From: Antedon mediterranea
Taxonomy: Eukaryota > Animalia > Echinodermata
DNA: 64,000 nucleotides
Assembly (NCBI RefSeq): GCF_964355755.1
Contig: NC_092672.1
Location: 17,559,237 to 17,623,236 of the forward strand
Direction: 5' to 3'
Positions 40,554-54,244 of this stretch are shown here, piece after piece. The notes beneath the pieces are model-generated. The model was not told where the DNA came from and searched no databases. It saw only the letters and a program-made list of their open reading frames with translations. Numbering within the stretch: the stretch's first letter is position 1; each line of letters opens with the position of its first letter. A program made the position numbers and the translations under genes.

Positions 40554-43500
40554 TGTCACGCCAAAATTGGATTTTGGTCGTAATCAAGTGCCAAAACTGG
40601 TCCGGTCGAATCGATTTTGGCGTTGAAACAGCCGCTAAAACAGGTCCGGCTAGGCCAAAACTGGTCCGGCCTTTAAACTCGCTTATTTATTCTTTAAAAT
40701 GTGTTAAGAAGCCTGCAAACAGTTTAAATGGTTAAAGTAAACTATGCTTAAAGTAAATATACTAAATATTACCGTACAAACGAAAAGAAATTATTGAAAC
40801 ACTAATTTAAAAAGAAACTCTAATCGCCTTTTGGGATATTCTATTGTTCAGTTCGTTTAAAACTAATAGTGCCCTCTAGTAATTTTATATTATGTCACGT
40901 CTAAGATCTTAGATATTATGTACAAACTGAATACGTCTTGGGCGTATTTAATAATGATTAATAATAAAATATAGAACGTTAATTATTATTAGTATTATTA
41001 TTTTAGGTTGTTGTCATTACTGCTATCAGTATCATTTTTTTTTCCTTTGTAAGAAATTACACCTGCCTTATTTTTTCCCAGTCCACATTTTGGGACGCAA
41101 GTGGCCACCAAGGGCCTCTTATTATTAATGGTATAAAACAACAACGATAATAACAATCGATATGGGTAGCAATACTAGCATTAATAAAGATAAAAAATCG
41201 ACAAACGACACCACAGTGGAACGACCGGTTCCCACATTCACGAATTTGGCTATACGACGAATGAACACAAGTTTCGTAATAGTCTTAGCAAAAAAAAGAG
41301 GGTAAAACAATTATAGTACAGATATTATTTTTTTATCACCCCAAATTAAAGACTTTTAAGAATTCAATTACTTATTACGCTCTAATAATATCACTGATTG
41401 GTGTACGCGTGGTGGGTTGCGTCATCATCTTATAGTGTCGTAATCAAGTTTTAGCGAAAAATAAGGGTTAAATTTGCTCAAAATTATCCAAAATATGAAC
41501 TTTTTAGAATTCAATTATTACGCTCTAATATCATTATTTAGGCCTACTGGTAGTATTTTTAATGTAAAAAAAAAAATCTTTAGGCCTACACCGCAACCCA
41601 GGACTGCAGCTGGAAAAAGCTGTCGCACATCTAACATGGATGGGAAAAGAAATGTGTTCTTTCAAATGTCTGTGCTCATTTTGAGCCAGTTTTGGACGTT
41701 GAAAAACAAGGAGGGTTACTCGACACATCGGAACGAAAGTACATCTGCAGACCATCCATCCAATACGCAAATATCTCGCCCGCAAATATTGAGACTATCA
41801 CCGAAGAAACCTTAAACGCTGCTCTTGTGGACAATTACGCAGATGAAGCTACACTGCGAGCTTTGGATTCACATGCTGTCATTTTGGTAAGCGAATTTAC
41901 CGACAATCAGTATGATGTACAACATTGTGAAATTGAGCCAAATATCTTCGTGCGATGTCGAACATTTCTAGGAGAACATTTTAGAGAAAACAACTCTCAT
42001 ACCTTGCCTCATTAAAAGGACGTGCTATAACACATAAATCTGTATTGTCAAATAAAATATAATAATGTAAGTTTTGGGTACGATGCATCTCACATGAACA
42101 CAGAGCCAATTTATAAGCTTGCACCGTGCGTGGGCCCTAACCCTCATTTATATTATCATCCCATGCTGTTATTCTAATATCTTGTTTCTTTCTATTTCAT
42201 TCTACTACGATCACTTCATATTTTTATGTCTTGGTGAAAAAGGGGGCTCCGACCTCCCCTGGGTTTATAGCCTCTCTACCCAAACAACGGCACACATGGT
42301 AAATTCATTTTTTTCTATTCATGTTTGTATATAAATGCGACGTATTGCTATTGTATCATATAAATGATATACAAAATATTAAGTACTTTATGCAGTTACA
42401 CAAAGTATAATGTTTATAAAATGTAATTTTGCATTATCATGTAGATGATTATATAGGCCTAATGTACTTTTCTACACGAAATAGATGGCGCATTGGCAAA
42501 CTTAATCATATTAACGACACAATCTAGCTATTTTTAAATGCGAAATAATTTTGAAAAAACCCTAAAGTTTTAGGAGGGACATTTGTTGATGTATTGATGA
42601 TGTATTGTCCACTGAAAAAAATGGTAATGTTCCATAATAGTTATTCACTTTGACAAAAATGTATCAAAACAATTTGGTTTTCCTGCAAAAACTGTACCAA
42701 CAGCCAATGGGTTTTTGGTTTAATATAACCGTTTGTTTTTTCTTTTTATAAATATAAGTGAAAACATTTTTTTTTTTTTGTGGAAAGGCAGGCTCAGTAG
42801 TCCTCATCAATTAAAAAAACAACAAAAGTGTTCTTTTATGTCATGCTAGTCTAAATTTGTCAAATTCATTTACTATCGTATCGGCTTAAACCATGGGTAT
42901 TTCTGAAATCTAAATTTTGTAATATGTATGCAGACAAAGAATAACTAAAATTTAATTCCTCACTTTGAAGAATAAATAGGTGATCATTTTATAATTTTAC
43001 TGACATTTCATTTTAAAACAGATGCAGTACGTGAAAATACGATTGCAAAACGTTGATGTATGTTATCCCATGAGCTGATGCATACGCTTATTATAGTGCT
43101 GAGTTATGCCTAGTGTCAAATACAATATATACAGTATTTACTATATACAGTGTAGCATAAGTGAAATTACGAAACACATCATTGGTATGATAACGTTATC
43201 AAAATCAAACATGAAGATGACAAATTCAAAATCGATTCAAATGGAATATAAAAAAAAAAATTATATGAGAACCCTTTTTTAAACCCAATTCATTGCAAGT
43301 TAAAGTTATATATTATCAAAAACAAATTCTAAACCGCCCCCCGGTGATATACTGATAATGTATTAATTTGAAACGATAAAATGAGGAAATATGTGAGAAT
43401 ATATAATCAAACCTTATTTAATCAAAATATATGAATACAATGAATGAAAACTCCTTTTTCACTACGCTAACCCCCACAAAGAAAAATACTTTCCCCTACA

Positions 43501-43806
43501 AATTTTACAATGGAATAATGGAAGATTCCGAACCGAGCGCCGATTTATTCTCATATTTTTAATCTCTCCGTTTCGATAATTTCTTTTCGATTTTACGGTA
43601 ATATTTAGTATATACTCTAGTCTAAGCATAGTTTACTTCAACCATTTGGACGTTATCCAGGCTTCTTATGACATTTTTAAGGATAAATAAGCGATTTTGA
43701 AGGCCGGACCAGTTTTGGCCTAGCCGGACCTGTTTTAGCGGCTGTTTCAACGCCAAAATCAATCCGACCGGACCAGTTTTGGCCCCGGACCAAATTTCGC
43801 GTTACA
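40554..43806. mobile_element. Non-autonomous long-TIR element with TGT...ACA ends (Ginger-like)
   Basis: About 200-bp TIR (gccaaaactggtccgg, gttgaaacagccgctaaaacaggtccggctaggcc); flanks cgtc/cgcc resemble a 4-bp TSD. Confidence 0.75.
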
Positions 43807-44069
43807 CGCCCAGTGAAGCAGAACGAAGGCTGTGAAATGAGGCCAGAGAACAAGTGCAGCTACGGCAAAATCACACTGTGGTTACAGAATACGAAACTTG
43901 TGAAATAGTCAATCTTCCGACGATATCAATTACTTTTGTAAAATTATACTTATCTGATGTAATTTTAGTCTTCCCATTTATAAAGTCAATTTTCTATGAA
44001 AATTCATCACAATTATGTAAATTCATTTGGAAATTCAGTTTACGTTTGCCGATTTTCGCACTGACTTTC

Positions 44070-45760
44070 GATACTGATTTTAACCACCTGATGTAACCTG
44101 TTTACTAATTAAATTGAGTTCGATAATTAGTTATTGACAATTAGGTTCAACGATTTGCCTCAAATAGGGGTGTTTTCTGATCGTGGTGTACACTGTCTAA
44201 TGCATGTCCATCTTGAAAAATACCCGCATACAATAATACGAGGATGCTTCACATTTTCCTATCTCCTCTTACGATAACTGTTTTTAAAGGCTGAAAATCG
44301 GTTGAATAGCTCGAGTACAGCATCATAATGTTGAAGACAGGCCGATTTTCTTTAAAAAAATACTATTTTGATAGATTTAATACACGTTTATACAAATGTA
44401 TTGATTTGCAATGAATGGAAGATTTATTGGTTTAACCATGGTTGCATAATTTCATAGTTTAACAAAAGTAGGTAAATTTGGAGAATAAACATGAATAGTA
44501 TTGTAATGCTATACAATACTGTAAATAGATATTAACCACTTTTGATCACCATTTGAATCGCAAATTTCTTATTGTGAGTGTTGGTATTGTTAGATATAAT
44601 ATAAACAAATATACTAATAAACTTTATTACTGTGAGTGTAGGTAGCCCCTACTTTAAGATTATAAACACATAATAATATAATACTTTATTACTGACAGTT
44701 GTTTCTCAACGTTTGTATTAATTAATAATTACAAAAAATATAAACGTCGTAGTGGTGTATCGATGTGTATTTTACTATTTAAATCGACTATGACAGTGAC
44801 AGTTTTAACAAAGTATTAAATCGCAAATGTTTTACTCTATTTAGTGGTATATTTTTATAGGCCCTTTAAAAAAATATTTCGTTACCGAGTGGATAATAGA
44901 GAGGTTTCGCAATTTTACGAATACGATAACGAAAACGGATACGTCACGCACACGTATTCGTTTTCGTAAGCCATAAACAAATCTGTTTCGCATGGCAACA
45001 AAATATTGAGGCGCGTCCAAAATATGACTGCGGTAAATTTGAGCGAAGCGAAGGTACTTGGTGCTTGGCTGCCTAGGCCTAGCGTAACATCAAAGCGAGT
45101 GAGGACCCCGGTGAGGACTTTAAAAACTGCTATTATTTTATCAAAATTGACCTGGCATTTAGTAAATTACTTTAGTAAATTACTTTCAATAAATCTATAA
45201 TTATATCATAATCATGAATCATTCCTAATTCAAATTCAAAATGTGCAAAATAGATCAAAAACTATACTCGTTTTGTAGTTACGAATATGACTGGTGATAT
45301 TCGTCAACACGAATACGCTTTACGAATATGAAATGGGGATCAGCTCAAAAGTTTCACAAATGTATGACGTATCCGTTTTCGTTATCGTATTCGTAAGGTT
45401 GCAAAACCTCCCTATTAATAAAAAAATATAAAGAATATATTTAAAAATTGTTCCTCTTTGTACCTATCCTCATCCCCAACCCTCAACCCTAATGTTAGAT
45501 ACAAAACACCAATTGAATTTGTTTAAATGAGTCCAAATCAAACATTTGAACTCATTTTGTGACAAGTTTCTCTCTCCGAAGTAATTCCCAGGGTGCTAAT
45601 TTTGGTTGACTACATAAATCATTGTGTCTAGGCCTATTCGTTTCTGTAAACAACAATGTATTATCAGCACGTTTTTTTACGCTGAATTACTGTGTATTCG
45701 AGAACCATCTATGGGCACGACCTAGATGGTATGCTCGCTTCGCTCGCGTACCATCTAGTG
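44070..45760 (-). repeat. Interspersed repeat family with palindromic end (copies at 51838-53310 and 63205-63945; fragments near 36.7, 40.3 and 47.9 kb)
   Basis: Shared end ctagatggtacgctcgcttcgctcgcgtaccatctag and collinear body. Confidence 0.85.
44898..45413. mobile_element. PIF/Harbinger-like MITE, copy 2 (inverted relative to copy 1)
   Basis: Reverse complement of 27579-28101; absent from the homologous site in the 52.2 kb and 63.6 kb copies of the host repeat. Confidence 0.85.
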
Positions 45761-46119
45761 TATTGTTAAGTTTATTAAAATTTATCAAAATTATTTGTTG
45801 TATATTGTTATCAAAATGACTATAATTGAGAACACTGTTAAACGGGATCGTACATTGATGTTATTTGTTGTATATTGTTAAGTTTATCCTATTCTTTATC
45901 ATTGTGCTCAAGTATACCAAAATGACTATAGTTGAGAACAGTGTTAAATGGGATCGTACATTAATGTTATCTGCTGTATATTGTGAATTTTACTTGTGTT
46001 ATATGTTTTGTTTTGTAAAGTTAAAGTTGAGAACAGTGTTAAACAGCACCATGCATTAATGTTATGTGTTGTAGATTTTTAAGTTTATCCTATTCTTTTA
46101 TTTTATAATTATTTAATTA

Positions 46120-46840
46120 ATGACAATCCCATTAATAGGGTGCAATCGCAAAAAGATCTTTGTGTTTTTATTGACAGTTCCCTTTGTTTTTCTTTTCATA
46201 TTGATTATCTTGTTGGCAAGTGCAATAGACTGCTTGGGCTGATGTGGCGTAATTGTAAACATTTTGACAGGCAAACCAAAATCCACCTTTATTATTCAAT
46301 TATCCATCCCATTCTCAACTTCAGTTCTGTTATTTTTAATTCTATTTCGAAAACTCAGTCTACGCGCATTCAGCGTCTGCATAACCGTTTTTTACGCTAC
46401 ATCAGCCACAACCAGAATCAGCTGACTTTCATTTCCATGTCCAATCTCCTGAGTCTCGTAGAACCTTTTTTGATCTTGTTTTTTTGTATAAATGTATTAA
46501 TTCTTTATTTGACTGTAACTTAGTTAGTAATTTTTATCTTAGAGTCCCTAGTCGTCGTCTTAGAAGAAATACTACTTTTCATATTCCTTTTAGTAGAGTA
46601 AATGTTTTAAAAAATGGTTTTATTAGTAGATTAAGTCAAACTTATAATTCTTTTACTTTAAGAAACCCTGAGTTAGATATCTTTAGTAATAATTTCCGTA
46701 AGTTTCGTAACATTGTTAGTAGTTTAGTTTAATGTTTGTTATTGTATATGTTCGTGTTTGTCTGTGTTCCCTCCTGTAAGTGGTGAACCATGAGCTCACT
46801 GTTGGTTGGGAAATGAATAAATAAAAAATAAATGAATAAA
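46120..46840 (+). mobile_element. 5'-truncated CR1/L2-type LINE 3' end
   Basis: KDLCVFIDSSLCFSFHI...KCNRLLG...LYYSIIHPILNFSSVIF; ends in an (aataa)n tail. Confidence 0.85.
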
Positions 46841-48831
46841 TATTATTATATTATAATTATGATTTTCCTGATAAATTCAAATCAAATCAACAATAATTGA
46901 GTAGAAAGGCATCTCCGATCGCAGAACTATTTTAAGGGGTTTGCCCAAAGAGTTCAGGGCTGTGAACTCTTGCACGTAAAATTCATGATAAATGGTACCT
47001 CTTGATCGCCGGAAATGTCACTCCATAGTGCGCTATGCCTATTTTTCAATACGATCATAGCCTATTTTCCAATACGATTGTAGCCTAATAAAACACACAT
47101 AACTAACAAAAGGATAACATTTTTTGCGTATGCGAATCAGGGGAAAGTCCCTGATGAAACTTCCGGTACGGTAATAAAATCTAATAACTGTAATCAATTA
47201 ATGCAAATTAATTATTGTTATTATTATTATCAATGAAGTCAGCAGTTAAAACCACAAATTAAAAATAAATTCAAAATTAATTTTCATTTATCCACTATAC
47301 TGTACAATACTATAGTGTTGCTTAAACCAAATTCAACTGCAGAAAGCACCAAACTTTACTCTGCTACCGGTATAACACTGTTATTTCAAAGTTCGGAACG
47401 TTCATAGTTACTACGGAAATTCGGCCTAATATTTCGGACGTACGAAAATTAAGATAAACAGGGTACTACTACACGGAAGCACAAAACTATATGCAAAATT
47501 ATTACTTTTTTGGCCTTAAATTATAGAAAACCTCTGGACAGCAAAACGCAATCATTATGTACAAATTGATGATCCCCATATGAAGGGATTTTCCGGAACA
47601 CGCGGTGTCTTGGCCTCCTTTTATAGTCTCATGCCAGGATGCACCATAAGTAGCCAGTCAGAAATTCATTCTGTGCATGGTGAGAAACATATACAGTATT
47701 GGTGACTCTTATATTTTACGATGCAGTCTGCCAATTTACGAATATTCTCTTCCAGCCCTGAACTTCTATAACGATATATGGATATTGAATACGATGAAAT
47801 GGGAACTAAATTTCAATTTAGTGGCAGAAAAAACATTTAGTATGAAATTAAGTGTGTTGCCTAGGGCAACACCGCTGCGTCCGCCCTGGAAGGAGATAGG
47901 TAAATGCGTAGCATCCTCATATTGTTGTATTGGGTATTTTTCAGCAGACAGTGTATACCACGATCGGAAAACACCCCTATTTGGGGCAAATCATTGAACC
48001 AAAATGTGTTTTAATCGTCAATATATAATATATAAAAATTATCTACCTACATTATGTAAATTTTTTAATTGTTTATTTCAAATGATGTTTGGAATGGGGT
48101 CGTTTATTTAAGGGGAGGGGGGTGGGAATTTATTCAAAGCAGGGGTTCATTCGAAATATGGTAATTTTAATAATAATATAGAATTCTTTTCTCAACTGAT
48201 AAAAGCTATTTTACATGATTCGTTTTCCTCTTGAAGCTTTAATGAAATGTTTCTGTCTTCTAGAATAAAAGTGACACTGTCACAGGTTCCATTAAACTAA
48301 TCCTCTACACTAATTGATCTAGCTCTAGAGTAATGGCTTTTATTGACCAAAAAATTTGAATTTTTAGCAAAAAATCAACATCTTTTTTGGCATGTACTAT
48401 CTTATAACCTCAAGAAAATATTAACTTTAATCTACATATTATTCTCACATACTAGGTGAGTTTTTAAAAAAATATGAAAACAATATTCATATTTTATTGA
48501 AAAGATAATGTTAATAATAGCTATCCCTTGATATAATTTTTAATAAAAATATAGAATTCGTTTCTCAACTGATAAAAGCTATATTTACATGATTCATTTT
48601 CCTCTTGAAGCTTCAACAAAATTGTTTTGTCTTCAGAAAAATATAATATTTATTGAGTTACGAACAATAATAGGTTTGTGATATGAAATGACAGCCATTT
48701 TGGACCCATCTTGGATTTGAGGTTGCAGTAAATGTGCACTGGCAATTATTTTACCTAATGGTGTAGGCTAACAAAAAAACTTAGTGCTTAGTGTGTACAG
48801 AGGTGGCATAAAAATGAGAAGATTCACTCAC

Positions 48832-48882
48832 ACAAATCCTGTCAATACAAATTGACTACTGTCATATGATGGTACCAATTCA
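48832..48882 (-). CDS. TRIM37: TRIM37 exon, start of MATH domain (SELVPSYDSSQFVLTGF)
   Basis: TTTTCCAG acceptor and GTGAGT donor; 51 bp; matches the TRIM37 SELVPSYDS motif. Confidence 0.95.
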
Positions 48883-48974
48883 CTGGAAAAAACATAATAA
48901 AAATATCTCTTATCAATCAAAAGTCATCATGAATTGAATGAAACTCAACAAAGTCTAAACAAATTAAGACAAAC

Positions 48975-49167
48975 CTGGTAAAGTCTGCAGCAACAGGAGC
49001 AGTAACAAAAGATGCCATTGGCTTTCTGTGTACTTGAGTAAACATTTGTAATAACTCTCCACTTTTACTGATTAATTCACTTCTAGTACAAAGTCGTAAT
49101 TGATGTTCTACCTCCTGAAGCAAGGATTCTAGTAGCTCAGTCTCTTGTGTTAAAGAGTTCTTTTGAC
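48975..49167 (-). CDS. TRIM37: TRIM37 exon ([63 protein letters not shown])
   Basis: Overlaps ORF 48917..49123; TAG acceptor and GTTTGT donor; 193 bp; phase matches both neighbours. Confidence 0.96.
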
Positions 49168-49239
49168 CTAAAACAATTCAAGTACTAAAACTACTATTTC
49201 ATTTAATAACAATAATAATATGTCATTCTTATACTGTAT

Positions 49240-49380
49240 AGCGCTTCATGTTTTTACCTTTGTTTGACCATTTGTACACCTGGGTGGAGAGAGGCAAACA
49301 TAAGTAAAGTGTCTTGCCTAAGGACACCAGCAATGAGACGAGGATTGTCAGTCCCCCGACCAACACACTGCACCACATAC
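49240..49380 (-). mobile_element. tRNA-SINE core fragment
   Basis: acctgggtggagagaggcaa...aagtgtcttgcctaaggacac resembles a widespread SINE core in reverse orientation. Confidence 0.55.
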
Positions 49381-49940
49381 TCTCTTATCTGAACTTATTG
49401 TAATATAATGCGAGAGGTTTTTAGACTGTATTGAGACTCTACTCGCATTCTTACAATATCAGAGTTATTTATTCAGGTTCGTGCTTCTTATACAATACGA
49501 TAAGATAATATTACAGGATATCACAGGAACAGAGGATAGATGATGATGTGAATGAGGTGGGTCTCTGTGGGTGAGCTTCTGAGGAAGTGCTTTAAGGTGT
49601 GCTGTTAAGTCTGGAGGGTATATTGGTCCTAAGTTGATCAAGGTACATTTTAAGGGCTTGATTAATGGTATCTTAAGGTATCTTAATGATCGATATCAGT
49701 CATCAAATCTGTGCTTAAAAGCTATTGTTCTTTAATTGTTTGAAGATGGGAAAGTTCTCTAATGTCAGATTAATTGTTTTCTTTATGCTAATTGGTTTTA
49801 ATAGTCATTAAAAAACAGAATACACTTAGCAATTAAAACAAATAATGAAAATCAACACTACACTTTATTACCCTAGCGATTACAATACACTCCTGCAAAA
49901 ATTTGTTTTGGAATAATAAAATATCCCTCTTTGGACTTAC

Positions 49941-50064
49941 CCATTAATGTAATTAATTTTGATTTAAGTTGTGTTTCCAGTCTAGCAATCATCATTTCTA
50001 CTGCATTTCGAATCTCCCGTACTCGTTCATCTTTAGCACTACGGACACTTTCAACATTTCGTTC
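49941..50064 (-). CDS. TRIM37: TRIM37 exon, coiled coil ([42 protein letters not shown])
   Basis: Hand translation is nearly identical to vertebrate TRIM37; AG acceptor and GTAAGT donor; 124 bp. Confidence 0.96.
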
Positions 50065-50419
50065 CTATTCAAATGAAAGTTTTGATAGTAGTCACCTCCC
50101 ATTAGAATTGGAAATATAATGGTATATATCAAAGAAATTGTTTATTTACCTCCGCCAAGGAGGTATATATGTAATCGGTAGCGTGTGTTTGTTTGTTTGT
50201 TTGTTAGCAAGATTACTCAAAAAGTAATTACAAGATCTTTACCAAAATGAATATACGGATAGATACTGTATGTGGTCAAGGACCATTCCATTAAATTTTG
50301 GAACCATTTGGGACCATGGTCCCAATTCTGGACCACTTTTTTGCGAATCCGGATATTCACCCCTGGACATTTACCCCCGGAAAACTACCCCCGGACAACC
50401 ACCACCTGGACCACTACCC

Positions 50420-51450
50420 CCTTAGGACAACTACCCCTTTAGGACAACTACCCCTTTAGGACAACTACCCCTTTAGGACAACTACCCCTTTAGGACAACT
50501 ACCCCCTTAAGACAACTACCCCCTTAAGACAACTACCCCCTTAAGACAACTACCCCCTTAAGACAACTACCCCCTTAAGACAACTACCCCCTTAAGACAA
50601 CTACCCCCTTAAGACAACTACCCCTTTAGGACAACTACCCCTTTAGGACAACTACCCCTTTAGGACAACTACCCCTTTAGGACAACTACCCCTTTAGGAC
50701 AACTACCCCTTTAGGACAACTACCCCTTTAGGACAACTACCCCTTTAGGACAACTACCCCTTTAGGACAACTACCCCTTTAGGACAACTACCCCTTTAGG
50801 ACAACTACCCCTTTAGGACAACTACCCCTTTAGGACAACTACCCCTTTAGGACAACTACCCCTTTAGGACAACTACCCCTTTAGGACAACTACCCCTTTA
50901 GGACAACTACCCCTTTAGGACAACTACCCCTTTAGGACAACTACCCCTTTAGGACAACTACCCCTTTAGGACAACTACCCCTTTAGGACAACTACCCCTT
51001 TAGGACAACTACCCCTTTAGGACAACTACCCCTTTAGGACAACTACCCCTTTAGGACAACTACCCCTTTAGGACAACTACCCCTTTAGGACAACTACCCC
51101 TTTAGGACAACTACCCCTTTAGGACAACTACCCCTTTAGGACAACTACCCCTTTAGGACAACTACCCCTTTAGGACAACTACCCCTTTAGGACAACTACC
51201 CCTTTAGGACAACTACCCCTTTAGGACAACTACCCCTTTAGGACAACTACCCCTTTAGGACAACTACCCCTTTAGGACAACTACCCCTTTAGGACAACTA
51301 CCCCTTTAGGACAACTACCCCTTTAGGACAACTACCCCCCGGACAACTACCCCTTTAGGACAACTACCCCCCCGGACAACTACCCCCTTAGGCCCTTAGG
51401 ACAACAACCCTCTTAGGACAACAACCCCCTTAGGACAACTACCCCCTGGA
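50420..51450. repeat. 17-bp minisatellite (aggacaactaccccttt)n, about 55-60 units
   Basis: Near-perfect repeat read directly; a block of variant units (aagacaactaccccctt) lies at 50500-50620. Confidence 0.97.
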
Positions 51451-53599
51451 CAACTACCCCACAGGAACAATTACCCCTAGGAACAATTACCCCCTAGGAA
51501 CAATAACCCCCTAGGAACAATTACCCCCCGCACAATTACACCCACCCCCCCCCCCCCCCCCCGGGTAATTACCCTGCGGACAACTACCTCTGACACAACT
51601 CCCCGTAGGACAACTACTTCCTGGACAATACTCCGAGGGCAAATAATCTTTTAGGACAACTACCTCCGTAGGACAACTAACCCCTGGACAACTACCACCC
51701 AGAAAACTATCCCTTTAGAACAACTACCCGCCGGACGGACAGCTACCACCCAGACCATTCAACAACCTGACTCTGCAACAGTGTATAATAGGAATTAATA
51801 ACTATATTTTAATTCGTTACTTTGACGAATTACTATTCACTAGATGGCAGGCTCGCTTCGCTCGCGTACCATCTAGGTCGTGCCCACAGATGGTTCTCGA
51901 ATACACAGTATTTCCAGCGAGAAAAAAATGGAGATTTCAAATGTACGTACCGCAGGACTATAATACATTGTCGTTTACAGAAACGAATAAATATACACAA
52001 TGATTTATGTAGTCAACCAAAATTAGCACCCTGGGAATTACTTCCGAGAGAGAAACAAAATGAGTCAAATTTTTTTATTTGGACTCATTTAAACAAACCC
52101 AATTTGTGTTTTGTATGTAACATTAAGGGTTGAGGGATGGGGGAAGAAGATAGGTACAAAGAGGAAACATTTTAAAATACATTCTTATCCACTCAGTAAC
52201 GAAATATTGTTTTTAATGTTTTATAGGCCTATAAATAATATACCACTAAATACAGTAAAACATTTACGATTTAATACGGTACTTTGTTAAAACTCTCACT
52301 GTCATAGTCGATTGAAATAGTAAAGTACATGTAACGATACACCACTACGACGTTTATATATTTTTAAATTATTAATTAATACAAACGTTGAGAAGCAACT
52401 GTCAGTAATAACGTTTATTTATTTGTATATTATATGTTTATAATCTAACAGTAGGGCCTACCCACACTCACAGTAATAAAGTTTATTTGTATATATTTTT
52501 ATATTACATCTAACAGTACCAACACTCACAGTAAGAAATTTGCGATTCAAATTGCGATCAAAAGTGGTTAATACCTTAACAGTATTGTACAGCATTGCAA
52601 TACTATTTATGTTTATTCTCCAAGGGGGCCCATAAATCTAAATCTATACCTCTATGGTTAAACCAAATAATTTGGAATGTTTATTTGTATATTATATGTT
52701 TACAATCTAACAGTAGGGCCTACCCACACTCACACACAGTAATAAAGTTTATTTGTATATATTTTTATATTACATCTAACAGTACCAACACTCACAGTAA
52801 GAAATTTGCGATTCAAATTGCGATCAAAAGTGGTTAATACCTTAACAGTATTGTACAGCATTGCAATACGATTTATGTTTATTCTCCAAGGGGGCCCATA
52901 AATCTAAATCTATACCTGTATGGTTAAACCAAATAATTTGGAATGTTCCATTCATCACAAATCAATACATTTGTAAAAACGTATATTAAATGTATCAAAA
53001 TAGTATTTTTTAAAGAAAATCGGCCTGTCTTCAACATTATGATGCTGTACTCGAACTGTTCAACCGGGTTTCAGCTATTAAAAACAATTATCGTAGGAGG
53101 AGATAGGAAAATGCGAAGCCTCCTCGCATTTTTGTGGCGGGTATTTTTCAAGATGGACATCCATTAGACAGTGTATACCACGATCGGAAAACACCTCTAT
53201 TTGGGGCAAATCGTTGAACCTAAATTCGTTTTAATTGTCAATAACTAATTATCTAACTTAATTTAATTAGTAAACAGGGTTACATCAGGTGGTTAAAATC
53301 AGTACCGAAAGTACGAACCAACTTTATATACCATCGAGTAAAAATTCTAGAAGTAAGGCGCGATTTACCGAATTTTGCCCTTACGTAAATTTATATATAG
53401 ATTATTGTAAACAAAAGTAAAAGATTGAACATAAATATAGCCTGGTATAAACTGAAGATTGTCACACATGATCATAGGATAGTCGAACGTATTATATAGT
53501 AGTACTCCCTGTATTTACTGTAAAGACTGGGTTCGCTAATAATAATAATAATTTTTGCGTCAGGACAATGCTTCGATAACCACTGGTCACATAACCACA

Positions 53600-53935
53600 A
53601 AATGGGAGACCCCACTATACGAAAAAGGAGACCCCACTATACGAAAAGGTAGACCTAAATATACGAAAAGGGAGACCCAAATATACGAAAAGGGAGACCC
53701 AAATATACGAAAAGGGAGACCCAAATATACGAAAAGGGAGACCTAAATATACGAAAAGGGAGACCCAAATATACGAAAAGGGAGACCCAAATATACGAAA
53801 AGGAAGACCCAAATATACAAAATGGGAGACCCAAATATACGAAAATGGAGACCCACTATAAGAAAAGGGAGACCCCCTATACGAAAAGAGAGACCACACT
53901 ATACGAAAAGGGAGACCCTAATATACGAAAAGGGT
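53600..53935. repeat. 22-bp tandem repeat (gggagacccaaatatacgaaaa)n, about 15 units
   Basis: Read directly; probably the subterminal array of another TIR element ending near 53990. Confidence 0.92.
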
Positions 53936-54244
53936 CGTATTGGGTCTCGTGTCAGGTCTCTGGTCTCGGGTCTCTAGTTTCGAAACACCCGTTAAAAACA
54001 GATGATTTCATTTTTACAGAAACCGGTCTTATATATTTGTCTACTTTTGGATTGGGGGGTGGGGGGTAGTTGACCGGGGGTAGTTATCCTAAGGGGGTGG
54101 TTGTCCGGGGGGTAGTTGTCTGGGGAGGTTGTTATCCTAAGGGGGTAGTTGTCCTAAGTGGGTAGTTGTCCTAAGGGGGTAGTTGTCCCGGTGGTAAACA
54201 TCCGGGGGGTAACTGTCTATGGGGTAGGTGTCCTAGAACCCTTT

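Larger units (their letters stand above)
50345..54240. mobile_element. Foldback/Mutator-like element with repeat-built TIRs
   Basis: ggacaactacccc repeats on the left (50362-51730) are inverted as ggggtagttgtcc on the right (54060-54240). Confidence 0.7.

Noticed and set aside
49460-49830. Penelope-like 3' remnant (and a LINE-like tract at 12840-13320)
   Set aside because: Resemblance too weak to assign by eye.
50420-53935. CRISPR-like arrays
   Set aside because: Repeats are contiguous with no unique spacers, in a eukaryotic intron with no cas genes.
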